A stretch of DNA of 64,000 nucleotides, from NCBI GenBank assembly GCA_964057225.1, contig OZ059900.1, positions 14,942,001 to 15,006,000 on the forward strand. The letters are read 5' to 3'. The translations under genes and the position numbers were made by a program. The notes beneath the pieces were generated by a model. It saw only the letters and a list, made by a program, of their open reading frames with translations. It did not search any database and was not told where the DNA came from. This stretch comes from Auanema rhodensis. Taxonomy: Eukaryota; Animalia; Nematoda. Positions 12,358 through 26,252 of this stretch are shown here, piece after piece. The first letter of the stretch is position 1; the number at the start of each line of letters is the position of its first letter.

Positions 12358-14475
12358 TTGAATTTGCACTTAGAAACTTTCATTCAGAGTGTGAGTTTGA
12401 ATTATAGTAGAAAAATGAAACACTGTCTCTAACATATCTTGATTTATGGCCTACTTTACTCAAAGAGCTAATTGAAGTTTGGTGTTAGAATGAACAATTG
12501 ATTAACGCTGACGTTCCAATTTTTTTCATCGTATTTGAGATAGAACATTTAAATTAAATGGAAATGTTTAAAAATTTAGAAAAAATCACAAGCTCAAATC
12601 ACTTTTGAAAAAACAGAAAGTTTAAAACAACCTTTTTTCTAATAATTATCTTTTTTATCCGACTTTTGTAAAAAAACAAAAATAGCATAACATTCAATAA
12701 CGATGAATCAGAACAAAAACATTCTCCCCGGCCGGGAATTGAACCCGGGTCTCGCATGTGACAGACGCGGATACTCACCACTATACTACCGAGGATTGAA
12801 TTTGCACTTAGAAACTTTCATTCAGAGTGTGAGTTTGAATTATAGTAGAAAAATGAAACACTGTCTCTAACATATCTTGATTTATGGCCTACTTTACTCA
12901 AAGAGCTAATTGAAGTTTGGTGTTAGAATGAACAATTGATTAACGCTGACGTTCCAATTTTTTTCATCGTAATTGAGATAGAACATTTAAATTAAATGGA
13001 AATGTTTAAAAATTTAGAAAAAATCACAAGCTCAAATCACTTTTGAAAAAACAGAAAGTTTAAAACAACCTTTTTTCTAATAATTATCTTTTTAATTCGA
13101 CTTTTGGAAGAAAACAAAAATAGCATAACATTCAATAACGATGAATCAGAACAAAAACATTCTCCCCGGCCGGGAATTGAACCCGGGTCTCGCATGTGAC
13201 AGACGCGGATACTCACCACTATACTACCGAGGATTGAATTTGCACTTAGAAACTTTCATTAAGAGTGTGAGTTTGAATTATTTTAGAAAAATGAAACACT
13301 GTCTCTAACATATCTTGATTTATGGCCTACTTTACTCAAAGAGCTAATTGAAGTTTGGTGTTAGAATGAACAATTGATTAACGCTGACGTTCCATTTTTT
13401 TTCATCGTAATTGAGATAGAACATTTAAATTAAATGGAAATGTTTAAAAATTTAGAAAAAATCACAAGCTCAAATGACTTTTGAAAAAACAGAAAGTTTA
13501 AAACAACCTTTTTTCTAATAATTATCTTTTTTATCCGACTTTTGTAAAAAAACAAAAATAGCATAACATTCAATAACGATGAATCAAAACAAAAACATTC
13601 TCCCCGGCCGGGAATTGAACCCGGGTCTCGCATGTGACAGACGCGGATACTCACCACTATACTACCGAGGATTGAATTTGCACTTAGAAACTTTCATTCA
13701 GAGTGTGAGTTCGAATTATAGTAGAAAAATGAAACACTGTCTCTAACATATCTTGATTTATGGCCTACTTTACTCAAAGAGCTAATTGAAGTTTGGTGTT
13801 AGAATGAACAATTGATTAACGCTGACGTTTCAATTTTTTTCATCGTAATTGAGATAGAACATTTAAATTAAATGGAAATGTTTAAAAATTTAGAAAAAAT
13901 CACAAGCTCAAATCACTTTTGAAAAAACAGAAAGTTTAAAACAACCTTTTTTCTAATAATTATCTTTTTTATCCGACTTTTGGAAGAAAACAAAAATAGC
14001 ATAACATTCAATAACGATGAATCAGAACAAAAACATTCTCCCCGGCCGGGAATTGAACCCGGGTCTCGCATGTGACAGACGCGGATACTCACCACTATAC
14101 TACCGAGGATTGAATTTGCACTTAGAAACTTTCATTAAGAGTGTGAGTTTGAATTATAGTAGAAAAATGAAACACTGTCTCTAACATATCTTGATTTATG
14201 GCCTACTTTACTCAAAGAGCTAATTGAAGTTTGGTGTTAGAATGAACAATTGATTAACGCTGACGTTCCATTTTTTTTCATCGTAATTGAGATAGAACAT
14301 TTAAATTAAATGGAAATGTTTAAAAATTTAGAAAAAATCACAAGCTCAAATCACTTTTGAAAAAACAGAAAGTTTAAAACAACCTTTTTTTTAATAATTA
14401 TCTTTTTAATTCGACTTTTGGAAGAAAACAAAAATAGCATAACATTCAATAACGATGAATCAGAACAAAAACATT

Positions 14476-14547
14476 CTCCCCGGCCGGGAATTGAACCCGG
14501 TTCTCGCATGTGACAGACGCGGATACTCACCACTATACTACCGAGGA
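14476..14547 (-). tRNA. tRNA-Asp(GTC) variant C48A
   Basis: Same variant as 7148-7219, 7328 bp away. Confidence 0.75.
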
Positions 14548-14913
14548 TTGAATTTGCACTTAGAAACTTTCATTAAGAGTGTGAGTTTGAATTATAGTAG
14601 AAAAATGAAACACTGTCTCTAACATATCTTGATTTATGGCCTACTTTACTCAAAGAGCTAATTGAAGTTTGGTGTTAAAATGAACAATTGATTAACGCTG
14701 ACGTTTCAATTTTTTTCATCGTAATTGAGATAGAACATTTAAATTAAATGGAAATGTTTAAAAATTTAGAAAAAATCACAAGCTCAAATCACTTTTGAAA
14801 AAACAGAAAGTTTAAAACAACCTTTTTTCTAATAATTATCTTTTTATTTCGACTTTTGGAAGAAAACAAAAATAGCATAACATTCAATAACGACGAATCA
14901 GAACAAAAACATT

Positions 14914-14985
14914 CTCCCCGGCCGGGAATTGAACCCGGGTCTCACATGTGACAGACGCGGATACTCACCACTATACTACCGAGGA
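14914..14985 (-). tRNA. tRNA-Asp(GTC) variant C42U (G28.U42 wobble)
   Basis: + strand 'ctcacatgtg' (A at 14944). Confidence 0.8.
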
Positions 14986-15054
14986 TTGAATTTGCACTTA
15001 GAAACTTTCATTAAGAGTGTGAGTTTGAATTATAGTAGAAAAATGAAACACTGT

Positions 15055-15209
15055 TGTGGCGTTATACCACAAGTGTATAGTATGGTTGGAAGTAAAACAC
15101 AAAGCAAATATGTAAAAAAGGGTTTATTGATGAATTAACAAGACAAGCACGGAATAAAATCACTGACTGCGAACGTTGAAAATGTAAGACCTACTCGCTT
15201 ATCGCGACA
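15055..15209. mobile_element. Element A copy 4 (TSD ACTGT)
   Basis: Same as copy 1; 7328 bp after copy 2. Confidence 0.8.
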
Positions 15210-15511
15210 ACTGTCTCTAACATATCTTGATTTATGGCCTACTTTACTCAAAGAGCTAATGGAAGTTTGGTGTTAGAATGAACAATTGATTAACGCTGAC
15301 GTTTCAATTTTTTTCATCGTAATTGAGATAGAACATTTAAATTAAATGGAAATGTTTAAAAATTTAGAAAAAATCACAAGCTCAAATCACTTTTGAAAAA
15401 ACAGAAAGTTTAAAACAACCTTTTTTCTAATAATTATCTTTTTTATCCGACTTTTGTAAAAAAACAAAAATAGCATAACATTCAATAACGATGAATCAGA
15501 ACAAAAACATT

Positions 15512-15583
15512 CTCCCCGGCCGGGAATTGAGCCCGGGTCTCGCATGTGACAGACGCGGATACTCACCACTATACTACCGAGGA
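15512..15583 (-). pseudogene. tRNA-Asp(GTC) T54C (B-box invariant base altered)
   Basis: + strand 'attgagcccggg' (G at 15531). Confidence 0.6.
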
Positions 15584-15949
15584 TTGAATTTGCACTTAGA
15601 AACTTTCATTAAGAGTGTGAGTTTGAATTATAGTAGAAAAATGAAACACTGTCTCTAACATATCTTGATTTATGGCCTACTTTACTCAAAGAGCTAATTG
15701 AAGTTTGGTGTTAGAATGAACAATTGATTAACGCTGACGTTTCAATTTTTTTCATCGTAATTGAGATAGAACATTTAAATTAAATGGAAAGGTTTAAAAA
15801 TTTAGAAAAAATCACAAGCTCAAATCACTTTTGAAAAAACAGAAAGTTTAAAACAACCTTTTTTCTAATAATTATCTTTTTATTTCGACTTTTGGAAGAA
15901 AACAAAAATAGCATAACATTCAATAACGATGAATCAGAACAAAAACATT

Positions 15950-16020
15950 CTCCCCGGCCGGGAATTGAACCCGGTCTCGCATGTGACAGACGCGGATACT
16001 CACCACTATACTACCGAGGA
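15950..16020 (-). pseudogene. tRNA-Asp(GTC) with 1-nt deletion in C48-C50
   Basis: + strand 'gaacccggtctcg'; gene is 71 nt and the unit is 437 bp. Confidence 0.6.
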
Positions 16021-16527
16021 TTGAATTTGCACTTAGAAACTTTCATTAAGAGTGTGAGTTTGAATTATAGTAGAAAAATGAAACACTGTCTCTAACATAT
16101 CTTGATTTATGGCCTACTTTACTCAAAGAGCTAATTGAAGTTTGGTGTTAGAATGAACAATTGATTAACGCTGACGTTTCAATTTTTTTCATCGTAATTG
16201 AGATAGAACATTTAAATTAAATGGAAATGTTTAAAAATTTAGAAAAAATCACAAGCTCAAATCACTTTTGAAAAAACAGAAAGTTTAAAACAACCTTTTT
16301 TCTAATAATTATCTTTTTTATCCGACTTTTGTAAAAAAACAAAAATAGCATAACATTCAATAACGATGAATCAGAACAAAAACATTCTCCCCGGCCGGGA
16401 ATTGAACCCGGGTCTCGCATGTGACAGACGCGGATACTCACCACTATACTACCGAGGATTGAATTTGCACTTAGAAACTTTCATTAAGAGTGTGAGTTTG
16501 AATTATAGTAGAAAAATGAAACACTGT

Positions 16528-16682
16528 TGTGGCGTTATACCACAAGTGTATAGTATGGTTGGAAGTAAAACACAAAGCAAATATGTAAAAAAGGGTTTAT
16601 TGATGAATTAACAAGACAAGCACGGAATAAAATCACTGACTGCGAACGTTGAAAATGTAAGACCTACTCGCTTATCGCGACA
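16528..16682. mobile_element. Element A copy 5 (TSD ACTGT)
   Basis: Same as copy 1; 1473 bp after copy 4. Confidence 0.8.
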
Positions 16683-16984
16683 ACTGTCTCTAACATATCT
16701 TGATTTATGGCCTACTTTACTCAAAGAGCTAATGGAAGTTTGGTGTTAGAATGAACAATTGATTAACGCTGACGTTTCAATTTTTTTCATCGTAATTGAG
16801 ATAGAACATTTAAATTAAATGGAAATGTTTAAAAATTTAGAAAAAATCACAAGCTCAAATCACTTTTGAAAAAACAGAAAGTTTAAAACAACCTTTTTTC
16901 TAATAATTATCTTTTTTATCCGACTTTTGTAAAAAAACAAAAATAGCATAACATTCAATAACGATGAATCAGAACAAAAACATT

Positions 16985-17056
16985 CTCCCCGGCCGGGAAT
17001 TGAGCCCGGGTCTCGCATGTGACAGACGCGGATACTCACCACTATACTACCGAGGA
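16985..17056 (-). pseudogene. tRNA-Asp(GTC) T54C
   Basis: Duplicate of 15512-15583 (G at 17005). Confidence 0.6.
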
Positions 17057-17422
17057 TTGAATTTGCACTTAGAAACTTTCATTAAGAGTGTGAGTTTGAA
17101 TTATAGTAGAAAAATGAAACACTGTCTCTAACATATCTTGATTTATGGCCTACTTTACTCAAAGAGCTAATTGAAGTTTGGTGTTAGAATGAACAATTGA
17201 TTAACGCTGACGTTTCAATTTTTTTCATCGTAATTGAGATAGAACATTTAAATTAAATGGAAAGGTTTAAAAATTTAGAAAAAATCACAAGCTCAAATCA
17301 CTTTTGAAAAAACAGAAAGTTTAAAACAACCTTTTTTCTAATAATTATCTTTTTATTTCGACTTTTGGAAGAAAACAAAAATAGCATAACATTCAATAAC
17401 GATGAATCAGAACAAAAACATT

Positions 17423-17493
17423 CTCCCCGGCCGGGAATTGAACCCGGTCTCGCATGTGACAGACGCGGATACTCACCACTATACTACCGAGGA
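17423..17493 (-). pseudogene. tRNA-Asp(GTC) with 1-nt deletion in C48-C50
   Basis: Duplicate of 15950-16020. Confidence 0.6.
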
Positions 17494-20400
17494 TTGAATT
17501 TGCACTTAGAAACTTTCATTAAGAGTGTGAGTTTGAATTATAGTAGAAAAATGAAACACTGTCTCTAACATATCTTGATTTATGGCCTACTTTACTCAAA
17601 GAGCTAATTGAAGTTTGGTGTTAGAATGAACAATTGATTAACGCTGACGTTTCAATTTTTTTCATCGTAATTGAGATAGAACATTTAAATTAAATGGAAA
17701 TGTTTAAAAATTTAGAAAAAATCACAAGCTCAAATCACTTTTGAAAAAACAGAAAGTTTAAAACAACCTTTTTTCTAATAATTATCTTTTTTATCCGACT
17801 TTTGTAAAAAAACAAAAATAGCATAACATTCAATAACGATGAATCAGAACAAAAACATTCTCCCCGGCCGGGAATTGAACCCGGGTCTCGCATGTGACAG
17901 ACGCGGATACTCACCACTATACTACCGAGGATTGAATTTGCACTTAGAAACTTTCATTAAGAGTGTGAGTTTGAATTATAGTAGAAAAATGAAACACTGT
18001 CTCTATTATATCTTGATTTATGGCCTACTTTACTCAAAGAGCTAATTGAAGTTTGGTGTTAGAATGAACAATTGATTAAAGCTGACGTTTCAATTTTTTT
18101 CATCGTAATTGAGATAGAACATTTAAATTAAATGGAAATGTTTAAAAATTTAGAAAAAATCACAAGCTCAAATCACTTTTGAAAAAACAGAAAGTTTAAA
18201 ACAACCTTTTTTCTAATAATTATCTTTTTTATCCGACTTTTGTAAAAAAACAAAAATAGCATAACATTCAATAACGATGAATCAGAACAAAAACATTCTC
18301 CCCGGCCGGGAATTGAACCCGGGTCTCGCATGTGACAGACGCGGATACTCACCACTATACTACCGAGGATTGAATTTGCACTTAGAAACTTTCATTCAGA
18401 GTGTGAGTTCGAATTATAGTAGAAAAATGAAACACTGTCTCTAACATATCTTGATTTATGGCCTACTTTACTCAAAGAGCTAATTGAAGTTTGGTGTTAA
18501 AATAAACAATTGATTAACGCTGACGTTTCAATTTTTTTCATCGTAATTGAGATAGAACATTTAAATTAAATGGAAATGTTTAAAAATTTAGAAAAAATCA
18601 CAAGCTCAAATCACTTTTGAAAAAACAGAAAGTTTAAAACAACCTTTTTTCTAATAATTATCTTTTTATTTCGACTTTTGGAAGAAAACAAAAATAGCAT
18701 AACATTCAATAACGATGAATCAGAACAAAAACATTCTCCCCGGCCGGGAATTGAACCCGGGTCTCGCATGTGACAGACGCGGATACTCACCACTATACTA
18801 CCGAGGATTGAATTTGCACTTAGAAACTTTCATTAAGAGTGTGAGTTTGAATTATAGTAGAAAAATGAAACACTGTCTCTAACATATCTTGATTTATGGC
18901 CTACTTTACTCAAAGAGCTAATTGAAGTTTGGTGTTAGAATGAACAATTGATTAACGCTGACGTTTCAATTTTTTTCATCGTAATTGAGATAGAACATTT
19001 AAATTAAATGGAAAGGTTTAAAAATTTAGAAAAAATCACAAGCTCAAATCACTTTTGAAAAAACAGAAAGTTTAAAACAACCTTTTTTCTAATAATTATC
19101 TTTTTATTTCGACTTTTGGAAGAAAACAAAAATAGCATAACATTCAATAACGATGAATCAGAACAAAAACATTCTCCCCGGCCGGGAATTGAACCCGGGT
19201 CTCGCATGTGACAGACGCGGATACTCACCACTATACTACCGAGGATTGAATTTGCACTTAGAAACTTTCATTAAGAGTGTGAGTTTGAATTATAGTAGAA
19301 AAATGAAACACTGTCTCTAACATATCTTGATTTATGGCCTACTTTACTCAAAGAGCTAATTGAAGTTTGGTGTTAGAATGAACAATTGATTAACGCTGAC
19401 GTTTCAATTTTTTTCATCGTAATTGAGATAGAACATTTAAATTAAATGGAAAGGTTTAAAAATTTAGAAAAAATCACAAGCTCAAATCACTTTTGAAAAA
19501 ACAGAAAGTTTAAAACAACCTTTTTTCTAATAATTATCTTTTTATTTCGACTTTTGGAAGAAAACAAAAATAGCATAACATTCAATAACGATGAATCAGA
19601 ACAAAAACATTCTCCCCGGCCGGGAATTGAACCCGGGTCTCGCATGTGACAGACGCGGATACTCACCACTATACTACCGAGGATTGAATTTGCACTTAGA
19701 AACTTTCATTCAGAGTGTGAGTTCGAATTATAGTAGAAAAATGAAACACTGTCTCTAACATATCTTGATTTATGGCCTACTTTACTCAAAGAGCTAATTG
19801 AAGTTTGGTGTTAAAATAAACAATTGATTAACGCTGACGTTTCAATTTTTTTCATCGTAATTGAGATAGAACATTTAAATTAAATGGAAATGTTTAAAAA
19901 TTTAGAAAAAATCACAAGCTCAAATCACTTTTGAAAAAACAGAAAGTTTAAAACAACCTTTTTTCTAATAATTATCTTTTTATTTCGACTTTTGGAAGAA
20001 AACAAAAATAGCATAACATTCAATAACGATGAATCAGAACAAAAACATTCTCCCCGGCCGGGAATTGAACCCGGGTCTCGCATGTGACAGACGCGGATAC
20101 TCACCACTATACTACCGAGGATTGAATTTGCACTTAGAAACTTTCATTAAGAGTGTGAGTTTGAATTATAGTAGAAAAATGAAACACTGTCTCTAACATA
20201 TCTTGATTTATGGCCTACTTTACTCAAAGAGCTAATTGAAGTTTGGTGTTAGAATGAACAATTGATTAACGCTGACGTTTCAATTTTTTTCATCGTAATT
20301 GAGATAGAACATTTAAATTAAATGGAAAGGTTTAAAAATTTAGAAAAAATCACAAGCTCAAATCACTTTTGAAAAAACAGAAAGTTTAAAACAACCTTTT

Positions 20401-23400
20401 TTCTAATAATTATCTTTTTATTTCGACTTTTGGAAGAAAACAAAAATAGCATAACATTCAATAACGATGAATCAGAACAAAAACATTCTCCCCGGCCGGG
20501 AATTGAACCCGGGTCTCGCATGTGACAGACGCGGATACTCACCACTATACTACCGAGGATTGAATTTGCACTTAGAAACTTTCATTAAGAGTGTGAGTTT
20601 GAATTATAGTAGAAAAATGAAACACTGTCTCTAACATATCTTGATTTATGGCCTACTTTACTCAAAGAGCTAATTGAAGTTTGGTGTTAGAATGAACAAT
20701 TGATTAACGCTGACGTTTCAATTTTTTTCATCGTAATTGAGATAGAACATTTAAATTAAATGGAAAGGTTTAAAAATTTAGAAAAAATCACAAGCTCAAA
20801 TCACTTTTGAAAAAACAGAAAGTTTAAAACAACCTTTTTTCTAATAATTATCTTTTTATTTCGACTTTTGGAAGAAAACAAAAATAGCATAACATTCAAT
20901 AACGATGAATCAGAACAAAAACATTCTCCCCGGCCGGGAATTGAACCCGGGTCTCGCATGTGACAGACGCGGATACTCACCACTATACTACCGAGGATTG
21001 AATTTGCACTTAGAAACTTTCATTAAGAGTGTGAGTTTGAATTATAGTAGAAAAATGAAACACTGTCTCTAACATATCTTGATTTATGGCCTACTTTACT
21101 CAAAGAGCTAATTGAAGTTTGGTGTTAGAATGAACAATTGATTAAAGCTGACGTTTCAATTTTTTTCATCGTAATTGAGATAGAACATTTAAATTAAATG
21201 GAAAGGTTTAAAAATTTAGAAAAAATCACAAGCTCAAATCACTTTTGAAAAAACAGAAAGTTTAAAACAACCTTTTTTCTAATAATTATCTTTTTATTTC
21301 GACTTTTGGAAGAAAACAAAAATAGCATAACATTCAATAACGATGAATCAGAACAAAAACATTCTCCCCGGCCGGGAATTGAACCCGGGTCTCGCATGTG
21401 ACAGACGCGGATACTCACCACTATACTACCGAGGATTGAATTTGCACTTAGAAACTTTCATTAAGAGTGTGAGTTTGAATTATAGTAGAAAAATGAAACA
21501 CTGTCTCTAACATATCTTGATTTATGGCCTACTTTACTCAAAGAGCTAATTGAAGTTTGGTGTTAGAATGAACAATTGATTAACGCTGACGTTTCAATTT
21601 TTTTCATCGTAATTGAGATAGAACATTTAAATTAAATGGAAAGGTTTAAAAATTTAGAAAAAATCACAAGCTCAAATCACTTTTGAAAAAACAGAAAGTT
21701 TAAAACAACCTTTTTTCTAATAATTATCTTTTTATTTCGACTTTTGGAAGAAAACAAAAATAGCATAACATTCAATAACGATGAATCAGAACAAAAACAT
21801 TCTCCCCGGCCGGGAATTGAACCCGGGTCTCGCATGTGACAGACGCGGATACTCACCACTATACTACCGAGGATTGAATTTGCACTTAGAAACTTTCATT
21901 AAGAGTGTGAGTTTGAATTATAGTAGAAAAATGAAACACTGTCTCTAACATATCTTGATTTATGGCCTACTTTACTCAAAGAGCTAATTGAAGTTTGGTG
22001 TTAAAATGAACAATTGATTAACGCTGACGTTTCAATTTTTTTCATCGTAATTGAGATAGAACATTTAAATTAAATGGAAATGTTTAAAAATTTAGAAAAA
22101 ATCACAAGCTCAAATCACTTTTGAAAAAACAGAAAGTTTAAAACAACCTTTTTTCTAATAATTATCTTTTTAATTCGACTTTTGGAAGAAAACAAAAATA
22201 GCATAACATTCAATAACGATGAATCAGAACAAAAACATTCTCCCCGGCCGGGAATTGAACCCGGGTCTCGCATGTGACAGACGCGGATACTCACCACTAT
22301 ACTACCGAGGATTGAATTTGCACTTAGAAACTTTCATTAAGAGTGTGAGTTTGAATTATAGTAGAAAAATGAAACACTGTCTCTAACATATCTTGATTTA
22401 TGGCCTACTTTACTCAAAGAGCTAATTGAAGTTTGGTGTTAGAATGAACAATTGATTAACGCTGACGTTTCAATTTTTTTCATCGTAATTGAGATAGAAC
22501 ATTTAAATTAAATGGAAAGGTTTAAAAATTTAGAAAAAATCACAAGCTCAAATCACTTTTGAAAAAACAGAAAGTTTAAAACAACCTTTTTTCTAATAAT
22601 TATCTTTTTTATCCGACTTTTGTAAAAAAACAAAAATAGCATAACATTCAATAACGATGAATCAGAACAAAAACATTCTCCCCGGCCGGGAATTGAACCC
22701 GGGTCTCGCATGTGACAGACGCGGATACTCACCACTATACTACCGAGGATTGAATTTGCACTTAGAAACTTTCATTAAGAGTGTGAGTTTGAATTATAGT
22801 AGAAAAATGAAACACTGTCTCTAACATATCTTGATTTATGGCCTACTTTACTCAAAGAGCTAATTGAAGTTTGGTGTTAGAATGAACAATTGATTAACGC
22901 TGACGTTTCAATTTTTTTCATCGTAATTGAGATAGAACATTTAAATTAAATGGAAAGGTTTAAAAATTTAGAAAAAATCACAAGCTCAAATCACTTTTGA
23001 AAAAACAGAAAGTTTAAAACAACCTTTTTTCTAATAATTATCTTTTTATTTCGACTTTTGGAAGAAAACAAAAATAGCATAACATTCAATAACGATGAAT
23101 CAGAACAAAAACATTCTCCCCGGCCGGGAATTGAACCCGGGTCTCGCATGTGACAGACGCGGATACTCACCACTATACTACCGAGGATTGAATTTGCACT
23201 TAGAAACTTTCATTAAGAGTGTGAGTTTGAATTATAGTAGAAAAATGAAACACTGTCTCTAACATATCTTGATTTATGGCCTACTTTACTCAAAGAGCTA
23301 ATTGAAGTTTGGTGTTAGAATGAACAATTGATTAACGCTGACGTTTCAATTTTTTTCATCGTAATTGAGATAGAACATTTAAATTAAATGGAAATGTTTA

Positions 23401-26181
23401 AAAATTTAGAAAAAATCACAAGCTCAAATCACTTTTGAAAAAACAGAAAGTTTAAAACAACCTTTTTTCTAATAATTATCTTTTTTATCCGACTTTTGTA
23501 AAAAAACAAAAATAGCATAACATTCAATAACGATGAATCAGAACAAAAACATTCTCCCCGGCCGGGAATTGAACCCGGGTCTCGCATGTGACAGACGCGG
23601 ATACTCACCACTATACTACCGAGGATTGAATTTGCACTTAGAAACTTTCATTAAGAGTGTGAGTTTGAATTATAGTAGAAAAATGAAACACTGTCTCTAA
23701 CATATCTTGATTTATGGCCTACTTTACTCAAAGAGCTAATTGAAGTTTGGTGTTAGAATGAACAATTGATTAACGCTGACGTTTCAATTTTTTTCATCGT
23801 AATTGAGATAGAACATTTAAATTAAATGGAAAGGTTTAAAAATTTAGAAAAAATCACAAGCTCAAATCACTTTTGAAAAAACAGAAAGTTTAAAACAACC
23901 TTTTTTCTAATAATTATCTTTTTTATCCGACTTTTGTAAAAAAACAAAAATAGCATAACATTCAATAACGATGAATCAGAACAAAAACATTCTCCCCGGC
24001 CGGGAATTGAACCCGGGTCTCGCATGTGACAGACGCGGATACTCACCACTATACTACCGAGGATTGAATTTGCACTTAGAAACTTTCATTAAGAGTGTGA
24101 GTTTGAATTATAGTAGAAAAATGAAACACTGTCTCTAACATATCTTGATTTATGGCCTACTTTACTCAAAGAGCTAATTGAAGTTTGGTGTTAAAATGAA
24201 CAATTGATTAACGCTGACGTTTCAATTTTTTTCATCGTAATTGAGATAGAACATTTAAATTAAATGGAAATGTTTAAAAATTTAGAAAAAATCACAAGCT
24301 CAAATCACTTTTGAAAAAACAGAAAGTTTAAAACAACCTTTTTTCTAATAATTATCTTTTTAATTCGACTTTTGGAAGAAAACAAAAATAGCATAACATT
24401 CAATAACGATGAATCAGAACAAAAACATTCTCCCCGGCCGGGAATTGAACCCGGGTCTCGCATGTGACAGACGCGGATACTCACCACTATACTACCGAGG
24501 ATTGAATTTGCACTTAGAAACTTTCATTAAGAGTGTGAGTTTGAATTATAGTAGAAAAATGAAACACTGTCTCTAACATATCTTGATTTATGGCCTACTT
24601 TACTCAAAGAGCTAATTGAAGTTTGGTGTTAGAATGAACAATTGATTAACGCTGACGTTTCAATTTTTTTCATCGTAATTGAGATAGAACATTTAAATTA
24701 AATGGAAAGGTTTAAAAATTTAGAAAAAATCACAAGCTCAAATCACTTTTGAAAAAACAGAAAGTTTAAAACAACCTTTTTTCTAATAATTATCTTTTTA
24801 TTTCGACTTTTGGAAGAAAACAAAAATAGCATAACATTCAATAACGATGAATCAGAACAAAAACATTCTCCCCGGCCGGGAATTGAACCCGGGTCTCGCA
24901 TGTGACAGACGCGGATACTCACCACTATACTACCGAGGATTGAATTTGCACTTAGAAACTTTCATTAAGAGTGTGAGTTTGAATTATAGTAGAAAAATGA
25001 AACACTGTCTCTAACATATCTTGATTTATGGCCTACTTTACTCAAAGAGCTAATTGAAGTTTGGTGTTAAAATGAACAATTGATTAACGCTGACGTTTCA
25101 ATTTTTTTCATCGTATTTGAGATAGAACATTTAAATTAAATGGAAATGTTTAAAAATTTAGAAAAAATCACAAGCTCAAATCACTTTTGAAAAAACAGAA
25201 AGTTTAAAACAACCTTTTTTCTAATAATTATCTTTTTAATTCGACTTTTGGAAGAAAACAAAAATAGCATAACATTCAATAACGATGAATCAGAACAAAA
25301 ACATTCTCCCCGGCCGGGAATTGAACCCGGGTCTCGCATGTGACAGACGCGGATACTCACCACTATACTACCGAGGATTGAATTTGCACTTAGAAACTTT
25401 CATTAAGAGTGTGAGTTTGAATTATAGTAGAAAAATGAAACACTGTCTCTAACATATCTTGATTTATGGCCTACTTTACTCAAAGAGCTAATTGAAGTTT
25501 GGTGTTAGAATGAATAATTGATTAACGCTGACGTTTCAATTTTTTTCATCGTAATTGAGATAGAACATTCAAATTAAATAGAAATGTTTAAAAATTTAGA
25601 AAAAATCACAAGCTCAAATCACTTTTGAAAAAACAGAAAGTTTAAAACAACCTTTTTTCTAATAATTATCTTTTTTATCCGACTTTTGTAAAAAAACAAA
25701 AATAGCATAACATTCAATAACGATGAATCAGAACAAAAACATTCTCCCCGGCCGGGAATTGAACCCGGGTCTCGCATGTGACAGACGCGGATACTCACCA
25801 CTATACTACCGAGGATTGAATTTGCACTTAGAAACTTTCATTAAGAGTGTGAGTTTGAATTATAGTAGAAAAATGAAACACTGTCTCTAACATATCTTGA
25901 TTTATGGCCTACTTTACTCAAAGAGCTAATTGAAGTTTGGTGTTAAAATGAACAATTGATTAACGCTGACGTTTCAATTTTTTTCATCGTAATTGAGATA
26001 GAACATTTAAATTAAATGGAAATGTTTAAAAATTTAGAAAAAATCACAAGCTCAAATCACTTTTGAAAAAACAGAAAGTTTAAAACAACCTTTTTTCTAA
26101 TAATTATCTTTTTAATTCGACTTTTGGAAGAAAACAAAAATAGCATAACATTCAATAACGATGAATCAGAACAAAAACATT

Positions 26182-26252
26182 CTCCCCGGCCGGGATTGAA
26201 CCCGGGTCTCGCATGTGACAGACGCGGATACTCACCACTATACTACCGAGGA
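26182..26252 (-). pseudogene. tRNA-Asp(GTC) with 1-nt T-loop deletion (T59/T60)
   Basis: + strand 'cgggattgaa'; 6-nt T loop. Confidence 0.6.
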
